From Planctomycetota bacterium (lineage in GTDB: Bacteria; Planctomycetota; UBA1135; UBA2386), in assembly GCA_965223545.1 (NCBI GenBank), contig OZ245006.1, positions 4,352,001 to 4,416,000 of the forward strand: a stretch of DNA of 64,000 bases. The letters run 5' to 3'. The stretch's first letter is position 1. The number at the start of each line of letters is the position of its first letter. Positions 35,467 through 44,164 of the stretch are shown here, piece by piece. A model generated the notes under the pieces. It saw only the letters and a program-made list of their open reading frames with translations. It did not search any database and was not told where the DNA came from. The translations under genes were made by a program, and so were the position numbers.

Positions 35467-37389
35467 ATGGCCCTCCTGACGCTGCAAGACGTCGACTTGA
35501 CCTACGGCGACCGGCAGCTGTTGCGACAGTTGGCGCTGGTGGTGCAGCCGGGAGAGCGGGTCGGGCTGCTGGGGCCCAACGGCTGCGGCAAATCGACGTT
35601 GCTGGGCATCGCCGCCGGCGTGGTGCAGCCCGATGCCGGCCAGCGGACCACGCGCCGTGATCTGCGGATCGCACATCTGCCGCAGGAGCCCGCACTGGAT
35701 GCGCAGAGCACCGTCGGTGAAGCGGTCGTCGCCGGCTTGCAGGGGCGCAGCGACGTGCTGGCGGACTTGTCGCGGGTGCACGATGCGCTGGCGGCGGAGG
35801 ATCTCGAAGGCGCAGCGCTGCGGCGGCTGCTCGACCGGCAGCAAGCCCTCGACGAACGCCTGGAGCAGCTCGGCGGTCACGACGTGGAGCACCGGATCGA
35901 GGAAGTGGTCGGCGCGGTCGGGTTGCGCGACTCCGCCGCCCGCTGCGGAGACCTGTCCGGCGGTGAGCGGCGTCGCGTCGCGCTGGCGCGCGCGCTGCTG
36001 TCGCAGCCGGACCTGCTGCTGCTGGACGAGCCGACCAACCACCTCGACGCGGGGGTCACCGAGTGGCTCGAGGATTGGCTGGTCGACAGCCCGAGCGCGC
36101 TGGTGATGGTCACGCACGATCGCTACTTCCTCGACCGCGTCGTCCAGCGCATCGTCGAGCTCGATCGCGGTCGACTGTTCGACTACGAGGGCGGCTACGC
36201 CGAGTTCTTGCTGGCGCGCGCGGCGCGACTGGATCGCGAGCAAGCGCGCGAGGCGACGCGGCGCAATCTGCTGCGGCGCGAAGCCGAGTGGATGCGCCGC
36301 GGGCCGCCGGCGCGCACCACCAAGGCCAAGGCGCGCATCGGGCGGTACGAGGCCCTGCGCGCGGCCGCGCCCGAGGCCGACGATGCCGAGCTGGCTTTCC
36401 GCATTCCCGACGGCCCGCGGCTCGGTGACCGCGTGCTGGAAGTGCGCGGCCTGACCAAGTCGTTTGCCGATCGGCCCGTGCTGCGCGGGCTCGATCTCGA
36501 GCTCGGCCGCGGCGAGCGGCTGGGCATCGTCGGCCCGAACGGCGCCGGCAAGACGACCCTGCTGCGCTTGTGCGCCGGCGCGCTGCAACCCGACGAGGGC
36601 GCGGTTTCGATCGGTCCGACGGTCGTCTTCGCCGGCATCGACCAGGCGCGGTCGGGGCTGGATCCGGACAAGACCGTGCTGGAGGAGATCGCCGGCGCCA
36701 ACGACTACGTGACCGTCGGTGGGCGCGCGCTGCGGGTCGAGAGCTTTCTCGATTCGATGCTGTTCTCGGGCGCACTGATGCGGACGCGGGTCGGCAGTCT
36801 GTCCGGCGGCGAGCGCAACCGCGTGCAGCTGGCCAAGCTGCTGTCGGCAGGGGGCAACGTGCTCCTGCTCGACGAGCCGACCAACGACCTCGACCTGATG
36901 TCGCTGCGCGTCCTGGAGGAGGCGCTGGTCGCCTTCGCCGGAACGGTCCTGGTCGTCAGCCACGACCGCTACTTCCTCGATCGAGTGGCGACGCGGATCC
37001 TCCACCTGGACGGCAGCGGCGGTGTGCGGCACCACGCCGGCGCGCTGAGCGACCTGCTCGACCGCTTGCGCGCAGAGCACACGGCGCGGGCGGCGCGCCC
37101 CACCCCGCGCCCGCAGCGCGCGGCGCGGCAGTCTGCGGCGGGCGAGGTGCGCCGGCTCAGCACCCGCGAGCGCGAGGAGCTGGCGGCACTGCCCGACCGC
37201 ATTCAGCAACTCGAAGAGCGCGTCGCGGCGGTCGATCGGCGCCTCGAGGACCCGGCGCTGTACGCCGGCGGCACCAGCCCGGAGGTGGCGACGCTGCAGC
37301 AGCAACGCGACAGCGCGCAGACCGAACTCGAGGCCGCCTATGCCCGCTGGGCGGAGCTCGAGGAGGTGGCGGAGCAGGCCTCGAAGTAG
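35467..37389 (+). CDS. ABC-F family ATP-binding protein (Uup-like)
   Basis: Two ABC domains (GPNGCGKST, GPNGAGKTT, LSGGE twice, LLDEPTN twice), linker ARTTKAKARI, C-terminal coiled coil ending AYARWAELE. Confidence 0.92.
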   Translation: MALLTLQDVDLTYGDRQLLRQLALVVQPGERVGLLGPNGCGKSTLLGIAAGVVQPDAGQRTTRRDLRIAHLPQEPALDAQSTVGEAVVAGLQGRSDVLADLSRVHDALAAEDLEGAALRRLLDRQQALDERLEQLGGHDVEHRIEEVVGAVGLRDSAARCGDLSGGERRRVALARALLSQPDLLLLDEPTNHLDAGVTEWLEDWLVDSPSALVMVTHDRYFLDRVVQRIVELDRGRLFDYEGGYAEFLLARAARLDREQAREATRRNLLRREAEWMRRGPPARTTKAKARIGRYEALRAAAPEADDAELAFRIPDGPRLGDRVLEVRGLTKSFADRPVLRGLDLELGRGERLGIVGPNGAGKTTLLRLCAGALQPDEGAVSIGPTVVFAGIDQARSGLDPDKTVLEEIAGANDYVTVGGRALRVESFLDSMLFSGALMRTRVGSLSGGERNRVQLAKLLSAGGNVLLLDEPTNDLDLMSLRVLEEALVAFAGTVLVVSHDRYFLDRVATRILHLDGSGGVRHHAGALSDLLDRLRAEHTARAARPTPRPQRAARQSAAGEVRRLSTREREELAALPDRIQQLEERVAAVDRRLEDPALYAGGTSPEVATLQQQRDSAQTELEAAYARWAELEEVAEQASK

Positions 37390-38468
37390 GCGGCCGCGGT
37401 CGCCGCCGCGGCGTCCTGCCAGCGAAAGCCGGCCGCTCGCTCGGGGCCGCGCGCGCGCAGCGCCGCGCACCGGGCGGGATCGCCCAGCAGCTGTTCCAAT
37501 GCCTCGGCGATCGCGGTGACGGAGAGCTCGGGAAGCTGCACCGCGGCGTCGCCCGTGACCTCGGGCAACGACCCGGCGCGGCTCACGATGGTGGGCACGC
37601 CGGCGGCGAGCGCATCGGCCACCGTGAACCCGAAGCCCTCGTACGCGGACGGGGAGACGAATGCAGCGGCGGTGGCGTAGAACGCCGCCAGGTCGTCGTC
37701 CGAGACTTCGCCCAGCCAGATGGCGGTGTCGTCGCGTTCGATCTCCGCCATCGCCCGTTCGGCAAGCCAGCCGCGCCGGCCGATCAGCACGCAGCGGTGC
37801 GGCAAGCCGCGGGCGCGCACCGCCCGCACCGCCGCCACCAGCAGGTCGACGTTCTTGCGCGCCTGCACCGTGCCGACGTGCAGCACGAACGGCGTTTTGA
37901 CGCCGTAGCGCGCACACACCGCGGCCGCTTGGGCGCGGTCGACCGCGGCCGGCGGGTCGATGCCGTGTAGCGCGACGTGGATCTTCTGCCTGGCCCGCGG
38001 GTAGATCTGCGCCAGGTCGTCGGCGGTGGCCTGCGACGGCACCACGATGCGCGCGGCGCGCCGCACGGCGTCGGCCGTCGCCCGCCGCAGGAACGCGCGC
38101 GACCAGCGGCCAAAGCTCTCCGGGCAGCGGTAGTAGGCCAAGTCGTGCACGGTCACCACCGCCGGCACGCGCAGGCCGAACGGCAGGGCGTTCTTGGTGT
38201 CGTGATAGAGGTCGCAGTCGAGGCGCGACAGCGCGCGCGGCAACGCCCACCACTGCCAGCGCAGGCGGTCGAGCCCGCCCCGCGAGGGCACTCGCAGGAC
38301 CTCGCAGCCGGCGACGCCGGCCTCGGCGTCGGTCACCACCGTGACCCGCAGGTCACCACGCTCGGCGAGCGCGGCGGCCAATCTGAGACCGTAGGTCGCG
38401 GGGCCGCCGGTCGTACCGCAGAGCACGCCGAGAGCGACGTGCAGCGGACGGTCGGCGGGGGCGGTCAC
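37338..38468 (-). CDS. Glycosyltransferase family 4
   Basis: VVTVHDL, VGTVQARKN, PSAYEGFGFTVADALAAGVP, SLPEVTGDA. Confidence 0.9.
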   Translation of the reverse strand: MTAPADRPLHVALGVLCGTTGGPATYGLRLAAALAERGDLRVTVVTDAEAGVAGCEVLRVPSRGGLDRLRWQWWALPRALSRLDCDLYHDTKNALPFGLRVPAVVTVHDLAYYRCPESFGRWSRAFLRRATADAVRRAARIVVPSQATADDLAQIYPRARQKIHVALHGIDPPAAVDRAQAAAVCARYGVKTPFVLHVGTVQARKNVDLLVAAVRAVRARGLPHRCVLIGRRGWLAERAMAEIERDDTAIWLGEVSDDDLAAFYATAAAFVSPSAYEGFGFTVADALAAGVPTIVSRAGSLPEVTGDAAVQLPELSVTAIAEALEQLLGDPARCAALRARGPERAAGFRWQDAAAATAAAYFEACSATSSSSAQRA

Positions 38469-38540
38469 GAGTCGCTCAAGAGACGCCGCGCAGCGGGGAA
38501 ATGCAAGCGGAGCGCCGGCCGACCCGTGACCGATCGACCG

Positions 38541-40175
38541 TCAGAAGTCCATGCCGCCCATGTCGTCCATGTCTTCGCCGCCGCCCTTCTTCTTCTTTTC
38601 GGGGACGACCGACACCAACGCCTCGGTGGTCAGCAGCAGGGTCGCGACCGACGCCGCGTTTTGCAGGGCGGCGCAGGTGACCTTGGTGGGATCGATCACG
38701 CCCGCCTTGATCAGGTCGACGTACTCGTTGGTGGCCGCGTTGAAGCCGTAGCTGGTGGTCTTGTTGCTCTTGACCTCCTGCACGACGATCGAGCCCTCGA
38801 CGCCCGCGTTGCGCGCGATCTGGCGCAAAGGCGATTCGAGTGCGCGCCGCACGATGTCGGCGCCGATCTTCTCGTCGCCGTTGAGCGTCACCTTGTCGAT
38901 CGCGGCCTGCGCGCGCAGCAGGCCGACGCCGCCACCGGGGAGGATGCCCTCCTCGACCGCGGCTCGCGTCGCGTGCAACGCGTCCTCGACGCGCGCCTTC
39001 TTCTCTTTCATCTCGGCTTCGGTCGCCGCGCCGACCAGGATCTCGGCGACTCCGCCGGACAGCTTCGCCAGCCGCTCCTGCAGCTTCTCGCGGTCGTAGT
39101 CGGAGGTCGTGTTGTCGATCTCCGCCTTGATCTGGCCGATGCGGCCCTGCACGTCCTTCGTCTTGCCGGCGCCCTCGACGACGATGGTGTTGTCCTTCGA
39201 GACGACGACCTTCTTGGCGGTGCCGAGGTCGGCCGTGCTGATCGACTCCAGCGAGATGCCGAGGTCCTCGAAGATCGCCTTGCCGCCGGTGAGGACCGCG
39301 ATGTCCTCCATCATCGCCTTGCGGCGGTCACCGAAGCCGGGTGCCTTGACCGCGCAGCACTTGAAGACGCCGCGCAGCTTGTTGACCACCAGCGTCGCCA
39401 GGGCCTCGCCCTCGACGTCTTCGGCGATGATCAGCAACGGCTTGCCCGACTGCGCGATCTTCTCGAGCAGCGGCAGCATGTCCTTGATGTTGCTGATCTT
39501 CTTCTCGTGGACGAGGATCCACGGGTCCTCGAGGGTGCACTCCATCCGGTCGGTGTCGGTGACGAAGTGCGGCGACAAGAAGCCCTTGTCGAACTGCATG
39601 CCCTCGACCCACTGCACGGTGGTGTCGAGGCTCTTGCCCTCTTCGACCGTGATCACGCCGTCGTTGCCGACGCGCTCCATCGCGTCCGACAGGATCTTGC
39701 CGATCTCGTCGTCGTTGTTGGCGGCGATCGTGCCGACCTTGGTGATGTCGTCCTTGCCCTTGATCTTGGTCGAGCGCTTCTTCAGATCGGCGACCGTCGC
39801 CGCCACCGCCTTCTCGATGCCGCGCTTGATGCCCACCGGGTTGGCACCGGCGGTGACGTTGCGCAGACCTTCCTCGAAGATGGACTCGGCCAGAACGGTT
39901 GCCGTCGTGGTGCCGTCGCCAGCGATGTCGGAGGTCTTGGATGCGACCTCCTTCACCAGCTGGGCACCCATGTTCTCGTACTTGCCTTCGAGCTCGATCT
40001 CCTTCGCCACCGTGACGCCGTCCTTGGTCACGGTGGGGCTGCCGAACGACTTCTCTATGATGACATTGCGACCGCGCGGGCCGAGCGTGACCTTCACGGC
40101 GCGCGCCAGCTGGCGGACGCCGTCACGGATGCGCTCGCGCGCTTCTTGGTCATAAGCGATCTTCTTGACTGCCAT
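38541..40175 (-). CDS. groL: Chaperonin GroEL
   Basis: [48 protein letters not shown] tail; 544 aa. Confidence 0.99.
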   Translation of the reverse strand: MAVKKIAYDQEARERIRDGVRQLARAVKVTLGPRGRNVIIEKSFGSPTVTKDGVTVAKEIELEGKYENMGAQLVKEVASKTSDIAGDGTTTATVLAESIFEEGLRNVTAGANPVGIKRGIEKAVAATVADLKKRSTKIKGKDDITKVGTIAANNDDEIGKILSDAMERVGNDGVITVEEGKSLDTTVQWVEGMQFDKGFLSPHFVTDTDRMECTLEDPWILVHEKKISNIKDMLPLLEKIAQSGKPLLIIAEDVEGEALATLVVNKLRGVFKCCAVKAPGFGDRRKAMMEDIAVLTGGKAIFEDLGISLESISTADLGTAKKVVVSKDNTIVVEGAGKTKDVQGRIGQIKAEIDNTTSDYDREKLQERLAKLSGGVAEILVGAATEAEMKEKKARVEDALHATRAAVEEGILPGGGVGLLRAQAAIDKVTLNGDEKIGADIVRRALESPLRQIARNAGVEGSIVVQEVKSNKTTSYGFNAATNEYVDLIKAGVIDPTKVTCAALQNAASVATLLLTTEALVSVVPEKKKKGGGEDMDDMGGMDF

Positions 40176-40218
40176 GGAACTCTCTCGTTTCTGTGTTTTC
40201 TCTTAGTGCTTCGATCGC

Positions 40219-40524
40219 TCAGTCGATGACGGCCAAGACCTCGTCCTCGCTGAGGATGATGAACTCGTCGCCGTCGATCTTGACCTCGGAGCCGGCGTAG
40301 GACGAAAACAGCACGCGGTCCTTCGCCTTGACGGTCATCGGCGCGCGCTCGCCACTGTCGAGCAGCTTGCCGGAGCCGATCGCGATGACCGTGCCCTCGC
40401 GCGGTTTCTCCTTGGCGGAGTCGGGGAGAATGATGCCACCCTTGGTCTTGTCGTCGGCTTCGACGCGCCGCACGAGAATGCGGTCGCCGAGGGGGGTGAT
40501 CGTGGCCGTCTTGGTCTTGCCCAT
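40219..40524 (-). CDS. groS: Co-chaperonin GroES
   Basis: PLGDRILV, TKGGIILPDSAKEKP, VLFSSYAGSEVK; AGGAG Shine-Dalgarno upstream. Confidence 0.98.
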   Translation of the reverse strand: MGKTKTATITPLGDRILVRRVEADDKTKGGIILPDSAKEKPREGTVIAIGSGKLLDSGERAPMTVKAKDRVLFSSYAGSEVKIDGDEFIILSEDEVLAVID

Positions 40525-40608
40525 AGCTTGCGTTGGCTCCTGTGAATGGCCCCGGAAAGCGGGGCGCTTCGTCATACAAATGTGGTGGTGAACGGGGGGG
40601 GCCGCAGC

Positions 40609-41010
40609 TCAGACGGGGCCGCGGCCGGAAGGATTGTCGAAGTGGTGCCGGATCAGCTGATCCATCGCCTCGCGCAGATGACTCAGGTCCAGCGGCTTGT
40701 GCAGGAACTGGAACACGCCCGAGCTCAGTGCCGCGCTGGTCTCGGCCGGGGTGGCCTGGCCCGACATCATGATCGAGGGCAGCGGCCGGATCTCCTGGGC
40801 GATCGTGCGCAGCACGGTCAGGCCGTCCATGCCGGGCAGGTGCAGGTCGAGCAGACTGAAGTCGATCTGGGTGCGCCGCGCGAGCTGCACCGCGTCCGGC
40901 CCGGTGGCCGAGGTGTGCACCGCCCACCCCTGGGCGGCGAGCAGGTCGCGGAGACAGCGACGCAGGGGATCGTCGTCTTCGACCAGGAGCACTGAGAAGC
41001 GGCGCGACAT
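40609..41010 (-). CDS. Single-domain response regulator (REC)
   Basis: LLVEDDD, LLDLHLPGMDG, IMMSG, FLHKP; no output domain. Confidence 0.88.
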   Translation of the reverse strand: MSRRFSVLLVEDDDPLRRCLRDLLAAQGWAVHTSATGPDAVQLARRTQIDFSLLDLHLPGMDGLTVLRTIAQEIRPLPSIMMSGQATPAETSAALSSGVFQFLHKPLDLSHLREAMDQLIRHHFDNPSGRGPV

Positions 41011-41047
41011 CGAGCGAGAACTGATGGAGACAGGAGCCTCGCGCGAA

Positions 41048-41064
41048 TGCAAGCGCTGTGCCGA
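41048..41064 (-). promoter_or_regulatory. Sigma54 (RpoN) -24/-12 promoter
   Basis: Minus strand TCGGCACAGCGCTTGCA has exact GG-N10-GC spacing and matches TGGCAC-N5-TTGCW closely; about 37 nt upstream of the REC gene start. Confidence 0.65.
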
Positions 41065-41198
41065 TTCGGAAAGGAGAATCGTAAGTAGCGCTCGAATAGA
41101 TGTTTGTGCCGATCTGCCTCCCCGATTCCAACGGTCCGGCTGCCAGCCTGGCAGCCCCTCCGGCGCGCCGCCCTGCCATCGTGTCACGCGGCCGCGGT

Positions 41199-41516
41199 TC
41201 AGTAGTCGCGCTCGTCCTCGTCGTCGTCGTCGGATTCGTCGTCGAAGTCGGTCTCGAACTCCTCGTCGAGATCCTCGTCCACCTCGTCGAACTCGTCGGG
41301 GTCGTCGCTCCAGTCGTCCTCGTCGTCCTCGTCGTCTTCGCCGGTGGCTTCTTCCTCCTCCTCTTCCTCCCAGGACGCGAGCACGCGGTCCCAATCTGCG
41401 ACCTCGATCGGTGCATTGCACACCAGGCAGATGCTGTCGTTGTCGCGCAACTCCTCGAGGTCGTCGGAGCCGCGATACACCTTGCGACACTCCGAACAGC
41501 GAACGACTTTACCCAT
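41199..41516 (-). CDS. Small zinc-ribbon protein with extremely acidic C-terminal tail
   Basis: CSEC...CLVC; about 40 of the last 56 residues are D or E. Confidence 0.8.
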   Translation of the reverse strand: MGKVVRCSECRKVYRGSDDLEELRDNDSICLVCNAPIEVADWDRVLASWEEEEEEEATGEDDEDDEDDWSDDPDEFDEVDEDLDEEFETDFDDESDDDDEDERDY

Positions 41517-41703
41517 GGTTCGATGGCTCCGTGGAGGAGGGTGGCGGGGAGGGAGAGGGGGCTTTCGCGGCGGCGATCGAGGCGGATGGACGCTGACCCG
41601 GTTGCACCCATAGCATTTGCGAGCCGGCGCGTGAAGGCCCTTGTGTGGCCGGTCTGGGGGTAGGAGCTTTGGGGGCGCCCCGCAACTTGCCGAAGAGAGG
41701 GGC

Positions 41704-42222
41704 GTGGGACGGAGTCAATACGCCATCCTGGGCATGGGCCTGGCCGCGATGCTGGTCCTGAGTGTCCTGATGAAGTACTTCCTCAACGCCGCCGGCGACC
41801 AGAAGCGTTCGCCGGTCGAGAAAGAGCTGGCCGCCACTTACGGCGATCATCTCGACTCTCCGTCGGAGCTGCGCTTGGTCGACGGCGACGGCGGCCCGCA
41901 GGCCGTGCTGACGATCCACCCGCTGCTGGAGGCGGGATCGGAGCGGTTGGCGCGGGAGATGGGAAACCTGATCTGGCGGCGCATCGGCACGACCCAGCGG
42001 CTGGCTTCGGTCGTCGTCCTCAGCCGGCCCTGGGCGTCGCGCAACGAGACGCGCGTCGACGTGCCGTGTCCGTTCGTGTCGGGCCCGCGCGGGCCGCAGG
42101 GCGGGGCTTCGCCGCCCCGGTCCGGCACTGCCCCCGCGCCGCGACAGGCGACGCCGAAACCGACCGCGAGCCCGGCTCAGCCGGTGAGCGCGGACCCCGC
42201 GAAGCCGCCGCGCAGCGGCTGA
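41704..42222 (+). CDS. Hypothetical single-TM protein with Pro-rich tail
   Basis: GAGAGG SD-like sequence before GTG; N-terminal TM; host-like codon usage. Confidence 0.65.
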   Translation: MGRSQYAILGMGLAAMLVLSVLMKYFLNAAGDQKRSPVEKELAATYGDHLDSPSELRLVDGDGGPQAVLTIHPLLEAGSERLAREMGNLIWRRIGTTQRLASVVVLSRPWASRNETRVDVPCPFVSGPRGPQGGASPPRSGTAPAPRQATPKPTASPAQPVSADPAKPPRSG

Positions 42223-42253
42223 ACGGCGATGCGGCCGTCCGCCGCCGCGGCTC

Positions 42254-44080
42254 CTACTGCACGCGTACGAACAAGTGGTCGACGGACACCGTGTCCAATG
42301 ACGTGGCGCCGTTCGAGCGATTCGTGTCGACGACGCGGAGCAGCACGTCGCCGCTGAGCGTGTTCGGCAGCGCCACGCTCACGGGATTGCCGAACGCGGT
42401 GTTGGAGATGGTGAGCGCGGTCGTCCAGGACACCTTGCCGCGCTTGTTGGCGGTGCCGTACTCGAACGAGAACTGATCGCCGTCGGCGGACGCCGACTGG
42501 CGGGCCAGCACGAACAAGGTCTTGCTCCCGCTAGTGGGAACGCCGCCGATCACCCACCGATGCTCGAGTTGCGAGGCTTGCTTGCGGCCTCTGCCGGCGT
42601 TGATCTCGGTGACGCTCTGCGACACGCCGTTGGCCGTGTGGGTCGCGGTGAGCCCACCCGCGGCGGTCCCGGTGACCGACTCGTCACTGGTGGCGACGTA
42701 GTCGACGGCGGGGCCGGGCGTCGTCGCCGTGGCGATGTTGGACCACGCGGATGCGCCGATCGCGTTGGCCGCGCGCACCCGGTACCAGAACGTGGTGCTG
42801 CTGGCCAAGCCCGTGTCGATGTAGCTCGTGCTGTTGGGCGGCAGGCTCACCAGCGGCGCGAACACGCTGCCGTCGGTGGACTTCTCCAGCTGGAAGCCGT
42901 CCTCGTTGTTCGAGTTGTCGTCCCAGTCGAGGGCGACCTGGCCGCTGCCGGCCGTCGCCGTCAGATTGGACGGAGCGCTCGGTGCCGAGCTGCCACCGCC
43001 GAGCGCGGCTTGGATCGCCGCCTGCAGGTCGGAGCGGTCGATGCGCGTGCCGTGATTGCCGCCCGACGTGCAACCGGCGTGCGTGTGGATGCCGATCGCA
43101 TTGCCCGTGCCCTCCTGGACGACGGGGGAGCCGGAGTTGCCGCCGGTGGTGTCGGTGATGTAGCGCAAGTACGTCGATGCGATCTGGGTCAGTGCGTCGG
43201 CGTGCGTCTTCTGCACCTGGTTCCACTCCGGAGGCACGGGACTCGACGTGGTGCCGTAGCCGGTGATGCGGATCACCTGTCCCGAGGTGCTGCCGGGCAC
43301 GCTGCCGAGGGCGTACCACGAGCCCTGCGCCTCGCCGGCGTAGAGCCCGGTGTTGCTGTTGCGCACGGTGTTTGCCACCGCCCAGTCGGCGCCGACGCCG
43401 GCGTCGAGCCGCTGCACCGAGCTGGAGTCGTAGGGGTACTGGTCTTCGGGGGCTGGGAAGCGCAGCGAGCCAGAGGACGACGACAACGGCACGTTGAAGT
43501 GGATCTGCTGGTTGGGGTTCGACGTGCAGTGTCCCGCCGTCAGCACCACCGATTCGCTGATCAGCCAGCTGGTGCAGCCGGTGGGATACTGACGCCCCTG
43601 CCGGGGGTCGCTCGACAGCACCCGGTCGTCGGCGCCGCACAGACTGGCGGCCGTGGTCGGGCCGAGCCGGCTGGTTCCGACCCCGACATCGACGCGGGGG
43701 ACGTGCAGGCGGTTGGCGCGGGTGTTGCCGTCGGCGATCAGCTCGATCACCACTTCGTTGCCGTTGAAGTACGCCGACCGGTGGCGATAGTCGGCGAGGC
43801 TGCGCGCGTCGAAGCGCTGGACCGCGCCGTCGGTGGTGGCGACGAGGCGCAGCTCGCTGCCCGGTGGCAGGTTGGTGCCATCCAGGTGCAGGCGGAGCCA
43901 AGCACCGCGGTCGTAGCGCACGACGCCGCGAAACAGCGTCGCTGCGCGAGGACCGTGGTTGGCGAGGTAGCCGGACGAGAGATCGTGAACGCGCGTGTCG
44001 AACACCGCGTCCGCGGTTTGGGCGGGGAGCGTGGCTGCGGCGAGGCAGGCGCCGAGCCCGACGAGGTAGTGCTTTTGCAT
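42254..44080 (-). CDS. Secreted trypsin-like (S1) serine protease with fibronectin type III domain
   Basis: LTAGHC, ADWA, TTGGNSGSPV catalytic triad; FN3 PSAPSNL...WDDNS..EDGF...YRVRA. Confidence 0.9.
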   Translation of the reverse strand: MQKHYLVGLGACLAAATLPAQTADAVFDTRVHDLSSGYLANHGPRAATLFRGVVRYDRGAWLRLHLDGTNLPPGSELRLVATTDGAVQRFDARSLADYRHRSAYFNGNEVVIELIADGNTRANRLHVPRVDVGVGTSRLGPTTAASLCGADDRVLSSDPRQGRQYPTGCTSWLISESVVLTAGHCTSNPNQQIHFNVPLSSSSGSLRFPAPEDQYPYDSSSVQRLDAGVGADWAVANTVRNSNTGLYAGEAQGSWYALGSVPGSTSGQVIRITGYGTTSSPVPPEWNQVQKTHADALTQIASTYLRYITDTTGGNSGSPVVQEGTGNAIGIHTHAGCTSGGNHGTRIDRSDLQAAIQAALGGGSSAPSAPSNLTATAGSGQVALDWDDNSNNEDGFQLEKSTDGSVFAPLVSLPPNSTSYIDTGLASSTTFWYRVRAANAIGASAWSNIATATTPGPAVDYVATSDESVTGTAAGGLTATHTANGVSQSVTEINAGRGRKQASQLEHRWVIGGVPTSGSKTLFVLARQSASADGDQFSFEYGTANKRGKVSWTTALTISNTAFGNPVSVALPNTLSGDVLLRVVDTNRSNGATSLDTVSVDHLFVRVQ

Positions 44081-44164
44081 GGGGGACTCCGGCCGTTGCG
44101 GCCAACCGTGACGTTAGGGGCGCGGGTCCGCGGTTTGCATCCGTGGAACCCCGGTGTCGCGGTG

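Noticed and set aside
37338..37389. Convergent 52-nt overlap between the ABC-F and glycosyltransferase genes
   Set aside because: Short 3' overlaps are common in GC-rich genomes and there is no further signal.
41085..41112. CIRCE-like inverted repeat upstream of REC-groES-groEL (minus strand TCGGCACAA-N10-GAGCGCTAC)
   Set aside because: The spacer is 10 rather than 9 nt and the arms have several mismatches to TTAGCACTC-N9-GAGTGCTAA.
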